DNA of 62,939 nt, filler included, from Octopus bimaculoides (Eukaryota), in assembly GCF_001194135.2 (NCBI RefSeq). It is 3 parts of 3 records of this genome, joined end to end, with 100 filler letters (N's around TTAATTAATTAA, not from the genome) between each part and the next. Parts side by side here need not be neighbours in the genome. Positions count along the whole stretch, not along the records: positions 24,865 to 47,651 come from NC_068988.1; positions 47,752 to 62,939 come from NC_068985.1; 1 more part is not named here. One strand, written 5' to 3'. Numbering within the stretch: position 1 is the first letter of the stretch; each line of letters opens with the position of its first letter. This document shows positions 37,928 to 51,134 of the stretch, piece by piece. A program made the position numbers and the translations under genes. The notes below the pieces were generated by a model that saw only the letters and a list, made by a program, of their open reading frames with translations, was not told the origin of the DNA and searched no databases.

Positions 37928-39004
37928 AAATGAAATTTTACACTTTTTTTGGCTCCTTAATTTTTCTTAAAAGATTACCATAATTCTTTTAATGTTACTG
38001 TGCATTTTCACCCATTTATTTGTTTAGATTACACTACCTCTATGGAACCTTCAAACCACTTTTCACTATATACATATGTGTATGTATGTATGTATGTATG
38101 ATTGTATGTGTGTGTGTGTGTGGTTGGGAAGCAAGCTTCTTACCACACAGCCATGATCGCCATCATCATTATTTAATGTCTGTTTTTCATGCCTGGCATG
38201 GATTGTACAACTTGTATACATACATACATACATACATACATACATACTTACATACATATAATATATGACATGTATATATATGTGTGTATATATANNNNNN
38301 NNNNNNNNNNNNNNNNNNNNNNNNNNNNNNNNNNNNNNNNNNNNNNNNNNNNNNNNNNNNNNNNNNNNNNNNNNNNNNNNNNNNNNNNNNNNNNNNNNNN
38401 NNNNNNNNNNNNNNNNNNNNNNNNNNNNNNNNNNNNNNNNNNNNNNNNNNNNNNNNNNNNNNNNNNNNNNNNNNNNNNNNNNNNNNNNNNNNNNNNNNNN
38501 NNNNNNNNNNNNNNNNNNNNNNNNNNNNNNNNNNNNNNNNNNNNNNNNNNNNNNNNNNNNNNNNNNNNNNNNNNNNNNNNNNNNNNNNNNNNNNNNNNNN
38601 NNNNNNNNNNNNNNNNNNNNNNNNNNNNNNNNNNNNNNNNNNNNNNNNNNNNNNNNNNNNNNNNNNNNNNNNNNNNNNNNNNNNNNNNNNNNNNNNNNNN
38701 NNNNNNNNNNNNNNNNNNNNNNNNNNNNNNNNNNNNNNNNNNNNNNNNNNNNNNNNNNNNNNNNNNNNNNNNNNNNNNNNNNNNNNNNNNNNNNNNNNNN
38801 NNNNNNNNNNNNNNNNNNNNNNNNNNNNNNNNNNNNNNNNNNNNNNNNNNNNNNNNNNNNNNNNNNNNNNNNNNNNNNNNNNNNNNNNNNNNNNNNNNNN
38901 NNNNNNNNNNNNNNNNNNNNNNNNNNNNNNNNNNNNNNNNNNNNNNNNNNNNNNNNNNNNNNNNNNNNNNNNNNNNNNNNNNNNNNNNNNNNNNNTGTGA
39001 ATGT

Positions 39005-39027
<23 letters not shown>

Positions 39028-39101
<74 letters not shown>

Positions 39102-39138
39102 ATAGATTAGATTGATAGATGATGTGCTATTGAGTGTA

Positions 39139-39192
<54 letters not shown>

Positions 39193-39560
39193 TGAGAAAA
39201 AAGAGAGAGAGAGAGAGAAAGAGAGAGGGAGAGAAGGAGAGAGATGGGGAGGGAGAGGGATATGGAGAAAAGGAAAGGAGAGAGAGAAAGAGAAAGAGAG
39301 AAAGAGAGAGAGATGGACAGGGAGAAGGAGAAAGAGTGAGAGGAGAGAGAAAGGGAGAGGGGGAGAGGGGGAGAAAGAGGGATAGGAAGAAAGAGAGACA
39401 GAAGAGAGAGGGAGAGGAAAGGAGAGAGAGGGAGAAGGAGAGAAGGGAAGGAAGAGTGAGAGGAAGAGGAGGAAAAGAAGAAAGTGAGAGGAGGAAGGAA
39501 GAGAGGGAGAAGAAGAGAGATAGGGAGAGGGAGAGAGAAAGAGAGATATAGTGAGAGACA
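39028..39560. repeat. (GA)n and purine-rich low-complexity tract
   Basis: Read directly. Confidence 0.95.
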
Positions 39561-39998
39561 GAAAAAGAATTAGTTTGTCTGCAAATTGTTATGTGTAAGA
39601 ATGAGAGAAAGTAAAGACAATAGAAAAATGCTATAACCATTCACCAACACCAACACCAACACCGGCACCAACACCAACGCCAACAGTTTATGAAGCCCCA
39701 CTTGCCAGATCTAAACCCTAGCTGCAATACAAATTGATCCCATTATAAGGGAGGAAACTAAGTAGGGTCAGTAATTTGTCAATTATTAGATTTTAACCTG
39801 ACTTTAATACGGTGATAGAGCCATCTAATTTAATTCCTTTATACAAACACTGACCAAGAAATATATCCCCATTTTGTGTTATTGACAGCCATTAGTCAAT
39901 ATATACAGATTAAAACAAATGTCTGATGTTATACATATGTATGTTTGTGTGACAGACAATGGCACTCATGATATCATTCTTAAGTTCATGTATGTAAA

Positions 39999-40445
39999 TC
40001 ATCATCATCGTTTAACATCCGCTTTCCATGCTAGCATGGGTTGGACGATTTGACTGAGGACTGGTGAACCAGATGGCTACGCCAGGCTCCAATCTGATTT
40101 GGCAGAGTTTCTACAGCTGGATGCTCTTCCTAACGCCAACCACTCCGAGAGCGTAGTCGGTGCTTTTACATGCCACCGGCACGAAGGCCAGTCAGGCGGT
40201 ACTGGCAACAGCCACGCTCGAAATGGTGTCTTTTACGTGCCACCTGCACGGGAGCCAGTCCAGCAGCACTGGCAACGATCTCACTTGAATGTCTTTACAC
40301 GTGCCACCGGCACAAGTGCCAGGGCACAAGTGCCAGGGCACAAGTGCCAGGGCACAGGTGCCATCATGATTTCGCTTTCGCTTGCCTCAACAGGTCTTCG
40401 CAAGCCGAGTTTTGTGTCCAATGAAGGAGACGACGTTGGCATGGG
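39999..40445 (-). mobile_element. RTE 3'-UTR fragment containing a 14-bp tandem repeat (GCACAAGTGCCAGG x3)
   Basis: Colinear with 27650-28030. Confidence 0.85.
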
Positions 40446-40561
40446 TGCATGTTTGTATTTATGTGTTCAAAGGATGTTAAGTCTCGTAGACGTTTAAAAG
40501 ATAAAGATACTGTTTCTTCTTCAATTTTTTTTTTATACAATCTTCGAGTTAGATTAAACTA

Positions 40562-40688
40562 CAGGGTGTCCACAAAGTCTGGGTTCATGGGGATTAACAC
40601 ATATTTTAAGAAATTATTATCGCTTATATTTAATTGTTTATGCTATGATTTTATTTACTCCATGTACCCAGACCTTGTGGACACCCTG
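40562..40688. mobile_element. 127-bp Tc1/mariner-type MITE
   Basis: TA|CAGGGTGTCCACAAAGTCTGGGTTCATGG ... CCATGTACCCAGACCTTGTGGACACCCTG|TA. Confidence 0.9.
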
Positions 40689-40813
40689 TAGTTTGGTGGT
40701 TCTCAAACAGGATCCATATGACTCTTGAGGTTCCATATAAGATTTTGTTGTCAAAATTCAAGTGCAATAAGTTGCTTATACTTCTGCAATACACAAAATA
40801 TGTACTTGCATAG

Positions 40814-40955
40814 CAAGTTCTTTTACAGGGTTTTCTAAAAACTGAAGGATTGCTGCAATAAGTATGTGAATCTGAGAGAGGAATATATTGGATAAAATCA
40901 TAATTAACTGATTCTCCTGTTTCCAAAGCCAGGAACTTTTCAGCATCCCCTTGTA
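40814..40955 (+). mobile_element. Mariner-derived MITE, 3' half
   Basis: Homologous to 41395-41546; ends AAAGCCAGGAACTTTTCAGCATCCCCTTG|TA. Confidence 0.75.
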
Positions 40956-41330
40956 TATATATATATATATATNNNNNNNNNNNNNNNNNNNNNNNNNNNN
41001 NNNNNNNNNNNNNNNNNNNNNNNNNNNNNNNNNNNNNNNNNNNNNNNNNNNNNNNNNNNNNNNNNNNNNNNNNNNNNNNNNNNNNNNNNNNNNNNNNNNN
41101 NNNNNNNNNNNNNNNNNNNNNNNNNNNNNNNNNNNNNNNNNNNNNNNNNNNNNNNNNNNNNNNNNNNNNNNNNNNNNNNNNNNNNNNNNNNNNNNNNNNN
41201 NNNNNNNNNNNNNNNNNNNNNNNNNNNNNNNNNNNNNNNNNNNNNNNNNNNNNNNNNNNNNNNATATATATATATATATATATATATAACTTTTCAGCAT
41301 GGTATTGTATATATATGTATATATATACAA

Positions 41331-41546
41331 TACCATGCTGAAAAGTTCCTGGCTTTAAGAGTATTGTGAAAGACCTGGTTTGAGGCCCAACCTTCCAAGT
41401 TCTGTTACAGGGCTAAGAAAAATTGAAGGACTGCTGCAATGAGTGTGTGAACTTGTGAGGGGAATATGTTGAATAAAATCATAATCAACTGATCCCCCTG
41501 TATTTTCTTTTACCTAAAGCCAGGAACTTTTCAGCACCCCCTCGTA
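41331..41546 (+). mobile_element. Mariner-derived MITE
   Basis: TGCTGAAAAGTTCCTGGCTTT ... AAAGCCAGGAACTTTTCAGCACCCCCTCG|TA. Confidence 0.85.
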
Positions 41547-41569
41547 CATGGGAAGACACAGTTCTTTAA

Positions 41570-41845
41570 CCCTTTATCTTTCAGAATACTCTCTCAAATG
41601 CAATGCTCATTTATTCATATTGCTTTGAGTTAACCATACATTATCTTTTATCTTTTAATCTTTTGTCTTCAACTTATGTCAATTGTAGGACTCCAGTTGT
41701 GCTAGGGGACCACCTTAAGAACTTTTTGTTGCAGTACTTACGTTTGTTAAGGTTGGTACTTGTTCTGTCGGGTTTCTGTTGCCAAACTGCCAAGTTACAG
41801 GGATGTAACTAGTGGTAGTGAGGAGACATATTAACAGACATAAAG

Positions 41846-41886
<41 letters not shown>

Positions 41887-42160
41887 ACAGGCTTCTTTTA
41901 GTTTCCGTCTACCAAATCCACTCATAAGACTTTGGTCACTCTGAGGCTATAGTAGAAGATACTTGTCCAAGGTTCCACACATAGTGGGACTGAACCTGGA
42001 ATCATGTGGCTGGGAAGCAAACTTCTTACCACACAGCCTCAGTGATCGTTTCTTTTAAAATGACATTACAGAGTAGTTGTGAGAAGCAGAATCTGGTTGG
42101 TTTGAAAATAAAACAGGTTGATTATTAGAGCCAGACAAGGCTGGTTTGAATGCTAAAGGG
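41570..42160. mobile_element. piggyBac-type MITE with a nested SINE-A copy (~41690-42040)
   Basis: TTAA|CCCTTTA ... TGCTAAAGGG|TTAA; both halves match 33983-34200. Confidence 0.8.
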
Positions 42161-42832
42161 TTAACTCGACTCACATGGTAACTTATCACTGGTTTGTTAA
42201 CATAAGTTGGCTGTTTTCTTTTTCAATGTAGTTCTTTTAATTTCGTTGTTGGAAGCCTTTTCTATTATCGACTATTCAGCAATGAAATGAATGCTGCTCC
42301 CGTTCTGTAACTGAAGAGCTGTACCAAACTAAAGTGTCTGTTTGCTCAATGGGTACAATAAGAGATGGTTTTGAATTGCTCGTGGAAAGAAACACAAGAT
42401 TGCAATAGACAAAAGAGCTTTTGAGATCATTTGAGTTGTATACAATGAGAGAAGTTCTGGAAATGCGTTGTTTGTTGTTGGAACAAATACACACGCATAC
42501 ATAGGAACAGGCATGGTTGTGTGCTTAAGAAGCTTGCTTCCCATCCATGAGGTCTTGGGTTCACTCCCACTCACTGTGTGACACATTGGGCAAGTGTCTT
42601 CTACTTGCCTCAGGCAACTGAAACCTTGTAAGTGAACTCGATAGACAGAAACTGAAAGAATCCCATCATATAACTCACCTAATATGAAAGAAATATTCTT
42701 TTCATTTCTCTATTTCTTTTTTAGGATAAGAATTCTATGATTCCATATTCTTTTTAACTAAGTCTTTCTGTAATAAAATAATTATTCTTAATTTCAAAGA
42801 CAAGTAAAAGAATATTCCACTCCTAGAAGCAA

Positions 42833-42895
<63 letters not shown>

Positions 42896-42964
42896 TATAT
42901 ATGTATCGAGTGTTTGAAGTAGTGTACAGATATTGTATATTAAGAATAAAGAAGTAGTCAGAAT

Positions 42965-43140
42965 TTTGGATAATGTTGGTGTTAGGAAAGTCATCCAGCT
43001 GTAGAAACTCTGCCAGATCAGATTGGAGCCTGGTGCAGCCATCTGGTTTGTCAGTCCTCAGTCAAATCATCCAACCCATGCTAGCAAGGAAAGCGGACGT
43101 TAAATGATGATAATGATGATGATGATGATGATGATGATGG
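42965..43140 (+). mobile_element. RTE 3'-UTR fragment with (GAT)n tail
   Basis: CCAGCTGTAGAAACTCTGCCAGATCAGATTGGAGCC..CCAACCCATGCTAGCA. Confidence 0.85.
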
Positions 43141-43722
43141 TATATATATATATGTACAGGGGTGGGCGAAAGCAGGTACACAGTTGTTTAATATATATAT
43201 TTATATATCTAGTCCTTTCACAATATTTTGAGAGCATATGTTGTACTTAATGGAAAATACTCAGGCCTGTTTTCAATCTGTTTTGGTGTAAAGTATTTGT
43301 CAGCCTGAGGAAGATACTTGCTCAAGGTGTCATGCAGTGAGATTAGACTTGGAACAACATAGCGCCAAACAAACTTCTTACCCACACAGTTATATCCGCA
43401 TTTACATAAGATATTTAAACACACAAACACACATACAAATGTTAGACAGGTAAAAGAAAACAATCCAGAAATTCTCAGATTTATGTCAATAAATATAGAA
43501 AAATAATAGTAACCATGTGATTAAAACAAGAGAAATTTGATGCTCACTAGACATGCTAAATCTAACTGTTAACAATTTATGTGAGTGACAGCTTTGTATA
43601 TAGTCTGTTAGATCATAAGTGTGCTGGAATGTAATATCACAAAATTGTTTGGCCCAGTCAACAGCCACTTCACGATCAAAGCATGAAATAACAAAATCAA
43701 AGAGAGGATGTGAAGTCAACAA

Positions 43723-43945
43723 CCTCTTTTGTTATCATATCTCAGTTGAAATAAACTGTCTTTGTTTCAATTAATTTTAAAAATAAAAAAGAATTTAGTG
43801 AAATATCTTTGCCATTATTAAGCTAGTGTTTGGAATATATAAACTAACAGAAATTTGATGGAAGGTTTTAATTCAGATTATTTTCAAAAAGCAAATTTAT
43901 ATCATAGAAGTAAGGATAATCTCAGGTAGGTTTGCTTCTGAAAAG
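43723..43945. mobile_element. Degenerate piggyBac-type MITE (second family)
   Basis: Internal blocks match 34690-34845; ends ..GAAAAG|TTAA. Confidence 0.55.
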
Positions 43946-45148
43946 TTAAATAATTAAAAAAATTTAGTGAAACACACTTAAAGCACTGAATCTCACAAAA
44001 TATTGGATACTATTAATGCACTTTGAATTGTGCAATGAAATATAAAATTCATATGTTGAGAAAACTTAGTGGAAAACAATTATGTTTTCTCTAAGAACTT
44101 CTTGTAGATTTATGGCTATATATCTGTAGAAATCTGCTTGTATGTTTGGAGAAATATATCTACTATCTACATATACATATTTACAAAGTTGCACATACAC
44201 CGTAGATACATACACACACGTGAGTACCTATAAGCATACACATTTATGCACACAGATGCATAAGTACGTATATATAAATTTATAAAGATTATGATATAGC
44301 AATGGAGTAGGAGAATAATTATGGGAATGTATCTGGAGGATAAGGATAGAAGAAGAAGAAGGGGAGGATCAGAAAAAGAAAATATTTATTCTGATATTTA
44401 AATAAAATGAAAGAATATGAGAGAGAAGGAAATGAGATTTGGTGACAGCCACATAGAAAGTGCGAGAAAGAGAGAGACTGAAAATAGATGAGTAAGAAAG
44501 ATGGATAGATAGAAAGATAGACAGATAGATAGATTGAGAGAGAGAGAGAGAAAGAGAAGGGAAAAGAAGACAAAGAGGGGAAAAGGAGTGAAAAAGGAAG
44601 AGAGGATATACGTGTGTGTATATGTGAATATACATACATGTGTGTAAAGGTTTATGTGTGAATGGGAGAGAATGAGCAAGCCAGTGATAATTGAAGCTAA
44701 TTTCCAGAATGTGTTAACAAGTTGAAAACTGTGTGATTGCTTTGGTAATTTAATTTCTGTTAAATAGATCACCAACTCCGCCGACAACACTACCACCATG
44801 CACCAACACCCCCACCATAACCAGCACCATAGCAATCATTTTCTTTTTTTTTTATATTTTCCTTTAATCATAAATGCAATAATCTTGATCTTAATATCAA
44901 ATTCCACTTTTTGGCACTGGGTTTCATACCAAGCAAAAAAAAAAAGCAAATAAGTAAAATAAAAGAATGATATTAGAAACAAACCACCAAAATTAATTAA
45001 AACTGTATATATGCATATATATGTACATATATGTATACATGTGTGTGTGTATTTATATGAATTTATATGCATATATATGTATATGTATGTATATATATAT
45101 ATATATATATACATGTGTATACATATACATATATGTATACATATACAT

Positions 45149-45183
<35 letters not shown>

Positions 45184-45270
45184 GATATGAACACACAAAC
45201 ACGCACATAAGTTAAACATACAATATACATACATACTCACGTATACACACATACATATGCACATGTGTGT

Positions 45271-45335
<65 letters not shown>

Positions 45336-45455
45336 AATATATACAATGTATATATCTATATATATAAATATATTTATGTATATATGCATGAACACACATA
45401 CACACACACACACATGCATATATATATTTACATGCACACACACACTCACATGCAT

Positions 45456-45496
<41 letters not shown>

Positions 45497-45839
45497 TGTG
45501 TGTGTATATGCTACACTGAAAAAATTGTTACTTTGGAATTTATTGCATGGTGGAGGGAAGGAAAAACTTCCCAAAAGTTTAAATGCAATAAAGGCATCAG
45601 AATTGTTAATGTGGGTGAGGGGACAGCAGTTGAAAGAAGTGGTATGATGGTGGGTAGTTTTAAGAATGATAGTTGTGGCAGGTGGCAGGTGGCAGGAGTA
45701 GCAGAGGGATGGTGTTTAAAGAGGTGAAAATACGGATTCTGGTGATAGTGTTAGCCAGATTGTGATGTAGAATGTGGTACTGGATTATGCTGAAGACTAG
45801 AAATGTGAGCATGGTTCATGGGTGTGATTACTGTTACAT

Positions 45840-46297
45840 TCATGATGGTGATGATGATGGTGATGATGATGATGTTGACGACGATGATGACGATGATGAC
45901 GATGATGAAGATGACAACGATGATGATGAAGGTGATGATAACGACAACGACGATGTTGATGATGATGATGATGATGATAATGGTGATGATGTGGTGGCAA
46001 AGATTGAAGTTTTAGTGTTGGTGGTAGAGACACATACTCCTGCAAGCATTGGTCGGGAAAGTTAGAAATGAAGGAAGAAAAAGAATAAAAAAAAAAAAGA
46101 TTGCAACAGTAACATCAAGCATAAACTAAAAAAGAAAAAAATACAAAAAAAAATTGTCAAAAAAACAGCCAACAAAGTTCTGCAGCAGTTGCAAGAGAAT
46201 GTGCCACAACTACCAGCAGCAGCAGCACCACCACCACCACCACCAGCGCCAACACCAATGCCAACACCAGTACCAGCACCATTACCATTACTACCAC

Positions 46298-46330
<33 letters not shown>

Positions 46331-46560
46331 GAACCATCCATATCACCACCACATCGGATTCCACTGCCACCACCATCCGTATCACCATCCCCACCACCAC
46401 CACCATCACCATCCATATCACCACCACTACCACTACCAATGCTTCCACTGCCACCATCGTCACCACCACCACCACTACCACCACCACCACCACCACCACC
46501 ACCACCACCACCACCACCACCACCACCACCACCACCACCATCACCCCAACCATTATCATC
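45840..46560. repeat. (GAT)n, (CAG/CCA)n, (CAT)n and (CAC)n arrays
   Basis: Read directly. Confidence 0.9.
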
Positions 46561-47417
46561 ACCTAGACGAATCCTAAATTAAAGCAAACTTGGAAAATAA
46601 AATGATCGAATTGACTGATTGGTCGATGGGATTTCATTCGGTGCAAATCAATAATTAGGGATGATGATGATAATGATGATAATGATGGTGATAATTGAAT
46701 TAAGGATTTGTGATTTAGGAACATACGTAGGAGTTCATATGGGAGAACATGTGAAATTTTCCATGAGATTTTTATTTTTATTTTCCCTGGTGGCTTAGTT
46801 AGAAGTGGAAGGGCAAAGATTAGTAGGAGACTGTGAGAAGCTTTTACATTGTTGACCTGGCTCAGATGTTCGCAACAAAGTGGACTTCATTGGTAGTTCC
46901 CAAAGGCAAAGTAAGTGTGGAAATGTGGGGTGTCAAATTAAATCATTATACTCACAACACCCCTCCCCCAAATAAACAAAGAGCCAAAACAAAACAAATC
47001 AACAAAATGTCACCAGAAAAAATGAAAGAAAAATGTCAAACGTTCAAACTGGCTTTGACACAATTTTTCTTTTAGTCATTTTCACTCATAAAACTTTGGC
47101 CAACTTGAACCCAAGATGCCATAGAGTTTGATGAAACATAGAGACTTGGTTACGAAGTGAACTTGTTAATCACACAATGATGGCTATGCACTCAAGCATA
47201 ACTTTTCAACTGAAATACAAATAAATAGTTGAACTGTCTTTGGATATTGAATTTGACTTATTTAATGTTTATGACAGCCTTATAATTCTAAAAATGTAAG
47301 ATAAATGATAGAGGTAGGATCGAAAATGAAGTGTATAAAGACACAGATGATCAGGAATTTTTTAAACACATGCGTGAGTGTATACAAACATTTGTACATA
47401 CATGTATACATATGTGC

Positions 47418-47465
<48 letters not shown>

Positions 47466-47614
47466 AAACAATTGCAGTGTGGAAGGTGTTTATAAGCCAT
47501 TTAAAACACACAAAAACTGTTAAATTCACTTCAACATTTAAATTTAATTTGTCAAAATATTTTTGTCACTTTTAAACCTCGACCTGTTCACTAACAAAAT
47601 AAATTCTGTGCTGC

Positions 47615-47647
<33 letters not shown>

Positions 47648-47651
47648 TGTA

Positions 47652-47751
47652 NNNNNNNNNNNNNNNNNNNNNNNNNNNNNNNNNNNNNNNNNNNNTTAAT
47701 TAATTAANNNNNNNNNNNNNNNNNNNNNNNNNNNNNNNNNNNNNNNNNNNN
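47652..47751. other. Synthetic 100-bp scaffold-join spacer N44-TTAATTAATTAA-N44
   Basis: Same structure as 24765-24864. Confidence 0.9.
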
Positions 47752-47844
47752 TATATATATACATATATATACAGATACATGTGTGTATGCGTGTGTATGT
47801 ATATATGATTATGTGTGTTCGTGTTTCTGTGCGTATGTGCGTAG

Positions 47845-48012
47845 CCCAAACCATAACGGGGGAGGCAGAGCAGATGCCAAAAACTATAGGCCTATCTCGC
47901 TGACTTCACACATCAGCAAAGTCATGGAACGAATAGTCAGAAGGGATCTAATTGCATTCCTCGAAGAAAATAACTTGCTCGGTGATACCCAGCATGGTTC
48001 TCGACCAGGAAG
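47845..48012 (+). mobile_element. CR1/Jockey-like reverse-transcriptase internal fragment
   Basis: GGGRADAKNYRPISLTSHISKVMERIVRRDLIAFLEENNLLGDTQHGSRPG matches the NYRPISL..KxMER..QHGFR motif. Confidence 0.9.
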
Positions 48013-48089
48013 TAAAGTCTTGTAGATTCTTTCATCTAATGAAAATGTATGAACACTATTACTGCACGTTTATAATTTCGACCTGTATG

Positions 48090-48483
48090 TGTTGGCTGTG
48101 TACTAAGTAGCTTGCTTACCAACCACATGGTTCTAGGTTCAGTCCCACTGCGTGGCACCTTGGAAAAGTGTCTTCTACGATAGCCAGGGGCCGACCAAAG
48201 CCTTGTGAGTGGTTTGGTAGACGGAAACTAAAAGAAGCCTGTCGTATATATGTATATATATGTATGTATTGTGTATATATGTTAGTGTGTCTCTGTTTGT
48301 TCCTCCAACATTCGCTTGACAATCGATGGTGGTGTGTTTACCTCCCTGTAACATAGCGGTTCGGCAAAAGAACCGATGGAATAAGTACTAGGCTTACAAA
48401 TAAGTCCTGGGATTGATTTGTTCAACTAAAGGTGGTGGTCCAGCATGACAGCATTCAAGATGACTCAATCAAATAAAAGAATA
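48090..48483 (+). mobile_element. SINE family A, full length
   Basis: Colinear with 9641-10107. Confidence 0.9.
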
Positions 48484-48852
48484 NNNNNNNNNNNNNNNNN
48501 NNNNNNNNNNNNNNNNNNNNNNNNNNNNNNNNNNNNNNNNNNNNNNNNNNNNNNNNNNNNNNNNNNNNNNNNNNNNNNNNNNNNNNNNNNNNNNNNNNNN
48601 NNNNNNNNNNNNNNNNNNNNNNNNNNNNNNNNNNNNNNNNNNNNNNNNNNNNNNNNNNNNNNNNNNNNNNNNNNNNNNNNNNNNNNNNNNNNNNNNNNNN
48701 NNNNNNNNNNNNNNNNNNNNNNNNNNNNNNNNNNNNNNNNNNNNNNNNNNNNNNNNNNNNNNNNNNNNNNNNNNNNNNNNNNNNNNNNNNNNNNNNNNNN
48801 NNNNNNNNNNNNNNNNNNNNNNNNNNNNNNNNNNNNNNNNNNNNNNNNNNNN

Positions 48853-48891
<39 letters not shown>

Positions 48892-51134
48892 GAACAATCA
48901 TACCTTACCCACCAGAAGAACAAACTTTTAAAAGCTATTCCATACAATAAATAATGGAAATAATGTCTGAGACCAGAAAAGAACGCCTCCTTCGTTATCT
49001 TTAATACTTGTCAAATGCAATATTTTCAGCACGTTAATGTATGTTTTATTTCTTGTTTGCTATCGTGTTAGATTTTTGTTTTCGTTTTTGCTGAAGTTGC
49101 TACAGATAAAAATGAATTGCTTTCTTGTTTTGGGTGGTCATAATTTTGCTATACAAATATTATTATTATTATTTACATTCAACTCTCATTCTTTCAAAGG
49201 TTTCATACCATGCATTACTTACAATGATGTATGTTCTTTTTCTATTACATATAAGTGATTCTATATAGAGAAATTATATTAAAACAAAATTAGGCATTCC
49301 TATATTATCAGTCAAAATAGGATACGCACATACACACACCAACACGTACATCCATGCATATATACACATCAACGCAGACATCTGCAAAAAAGATGCATGT
49401 ATATAACTTTTGTCAGATGTATTTTCTCAGATATCAATGCGTTCCATCTATAGAGTTTATGTTTCCGTGATAGCAATCGTAGTAAAGGATCAGGTTTTTC
49501 GTTGTTGTAGCAGTACAACAGAACAGGAAAAAAGAAAGAAAATGGAAAGACGGATTCTAAATGTAATGATATAATTATCTTCTACGTAATGTACATATTA
49601 TAATGTAAATATAGAAGTATGTTACATGTGTTCCCTTATTTATTTTCTATTGTTGCAACATATTTTTAATAGCTTCATTTTACTTATCTCCTTTTATCTT
49701 TCAGTCAATGGGCTTAAAAATGTTTAATCTGTATAANNNNNNNNNNNNNNNNNNNNNNNNNNNNNNNNNNNNNNNNNNNNNNNNNNNNNNNNNNNNNNNN
49801 NNNNNNNNNNNNNNNNNNNNNNNNNNNNNNNNNNNNTATTTGAATACATACATGATTTGGTATAATATAACGATAATACCCCCGCCCCCATCACACACGC
49901 ACACAAACAATTACATAGTATCAATGATTAACAATATTTTGAAAATATAACGACATTTGATATGCAAATAATAAGTATGCATTATTATGGCATCTTTTGT
50001 CAGTGATGTCACCCGTTTAAAGAATGTTTTTAAGCTGTTAAATATAACAGCATTTTAGAGAGAAGCGGAAATCGTTTCAAATATGTAGGAATAGCAGAAA
50101 TCTGAGTTTTTCAACTCGTAACACCAGTTCTTTTGAATAAACGGAGAAAGTGGAGAGGACAATTCCTTCAAGTAAAAGCGGAATGTGAAGATTTTGTAAA
50201 TGATAGGTTAATACAAAATTTGTTGGATGCATAAGGTTTCAGAGATTATGAAATACAACGTCAAAATCATGAGACGTCTTATTTTGTGATAAGCAGAGGA
50301 AATTGAGAATGCTATATATTATGATATTGTCTGGTTTAGTTCAATATGACACTGCAATCTGCAATAGTAGAATCGTTGTTAGCATTGTGCTACGTTTCAC
50401 CTTAACTACTGTGAAATATTTAGCTCTACACTACCCTAAAAACCATCGATCATATCCAAATCTTAATAGTTGCTACCTATGTTGATTTCAGAGGAAAACA
50501 GTGTCCAAATTATTTTATTTCCTATATCAACATGAGTCATAATGATAAGATTGGCTATAGGTTTGTAGTGAGACGAATCTTTGCTTATTACATATATAAT
50601 ACTGACATCAACAAGTAGGTGCTTATAGCCGGAATTTACAAGTATGTCTCTCGGCAGCCTAGACTGCTCTTCAGAATAGTATACAGAATATTGTGCAAAA
50701 TTGTGATTGTCTAGTTCAACGATATCATAGTCAATATACGGGTTTTGATCTCGTGCTTTAAGAGGTCGTGAGCGGGCGGGAAATAATTATGCCTTTGCAA
50801 GATCACGTGTGTCATATTGTACATTTAACAGCGCACTGAATGTGAGACAGTGTATAATTATTATTCCTACAGTAGAATCGTTTGCAGTATGAGGGTACTG
50901 ATTTTTAGCGACATCACATCCATCAATGGCAATAAATTTATAACCCAGCGAAATATTAGATTTATGCTGTGTGAGTTTGTCGTGCTACAAAAACATGTTT
51001 AATTCTGAAAAAGTTAACTTCGGTTTTGTTAGCGATGATTGGGATAGTTGGCATAACCATTCACTGTTGATATGATATATTTCCACCGGAAACGGGTCAA
51101 ATAATTGTGAAAAGGACGGGAAACAAAATATATG

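Noticed and set aside
42276-42500. Protein-like frames, including ECCSRS (insulin A-chain-like) and a signal-peptide-like MISKALLSIAILCFF
   Set aside because: Cysteine spacing is incomplete, there is an in-frame stop, and donor sites are weak; indistinguishable from chance.
46865-46915. 45-nt exon candidate ending in GTAAGT
   Set aside because: The acceptor is weak and no recognisable peptide results; such pairs are expected by chance.
50645-50680. Minus-strand CTGAAGA followed by a GCAG/CTGC hairpin
   Set aside because: No GAAA after helix II and no helix I.
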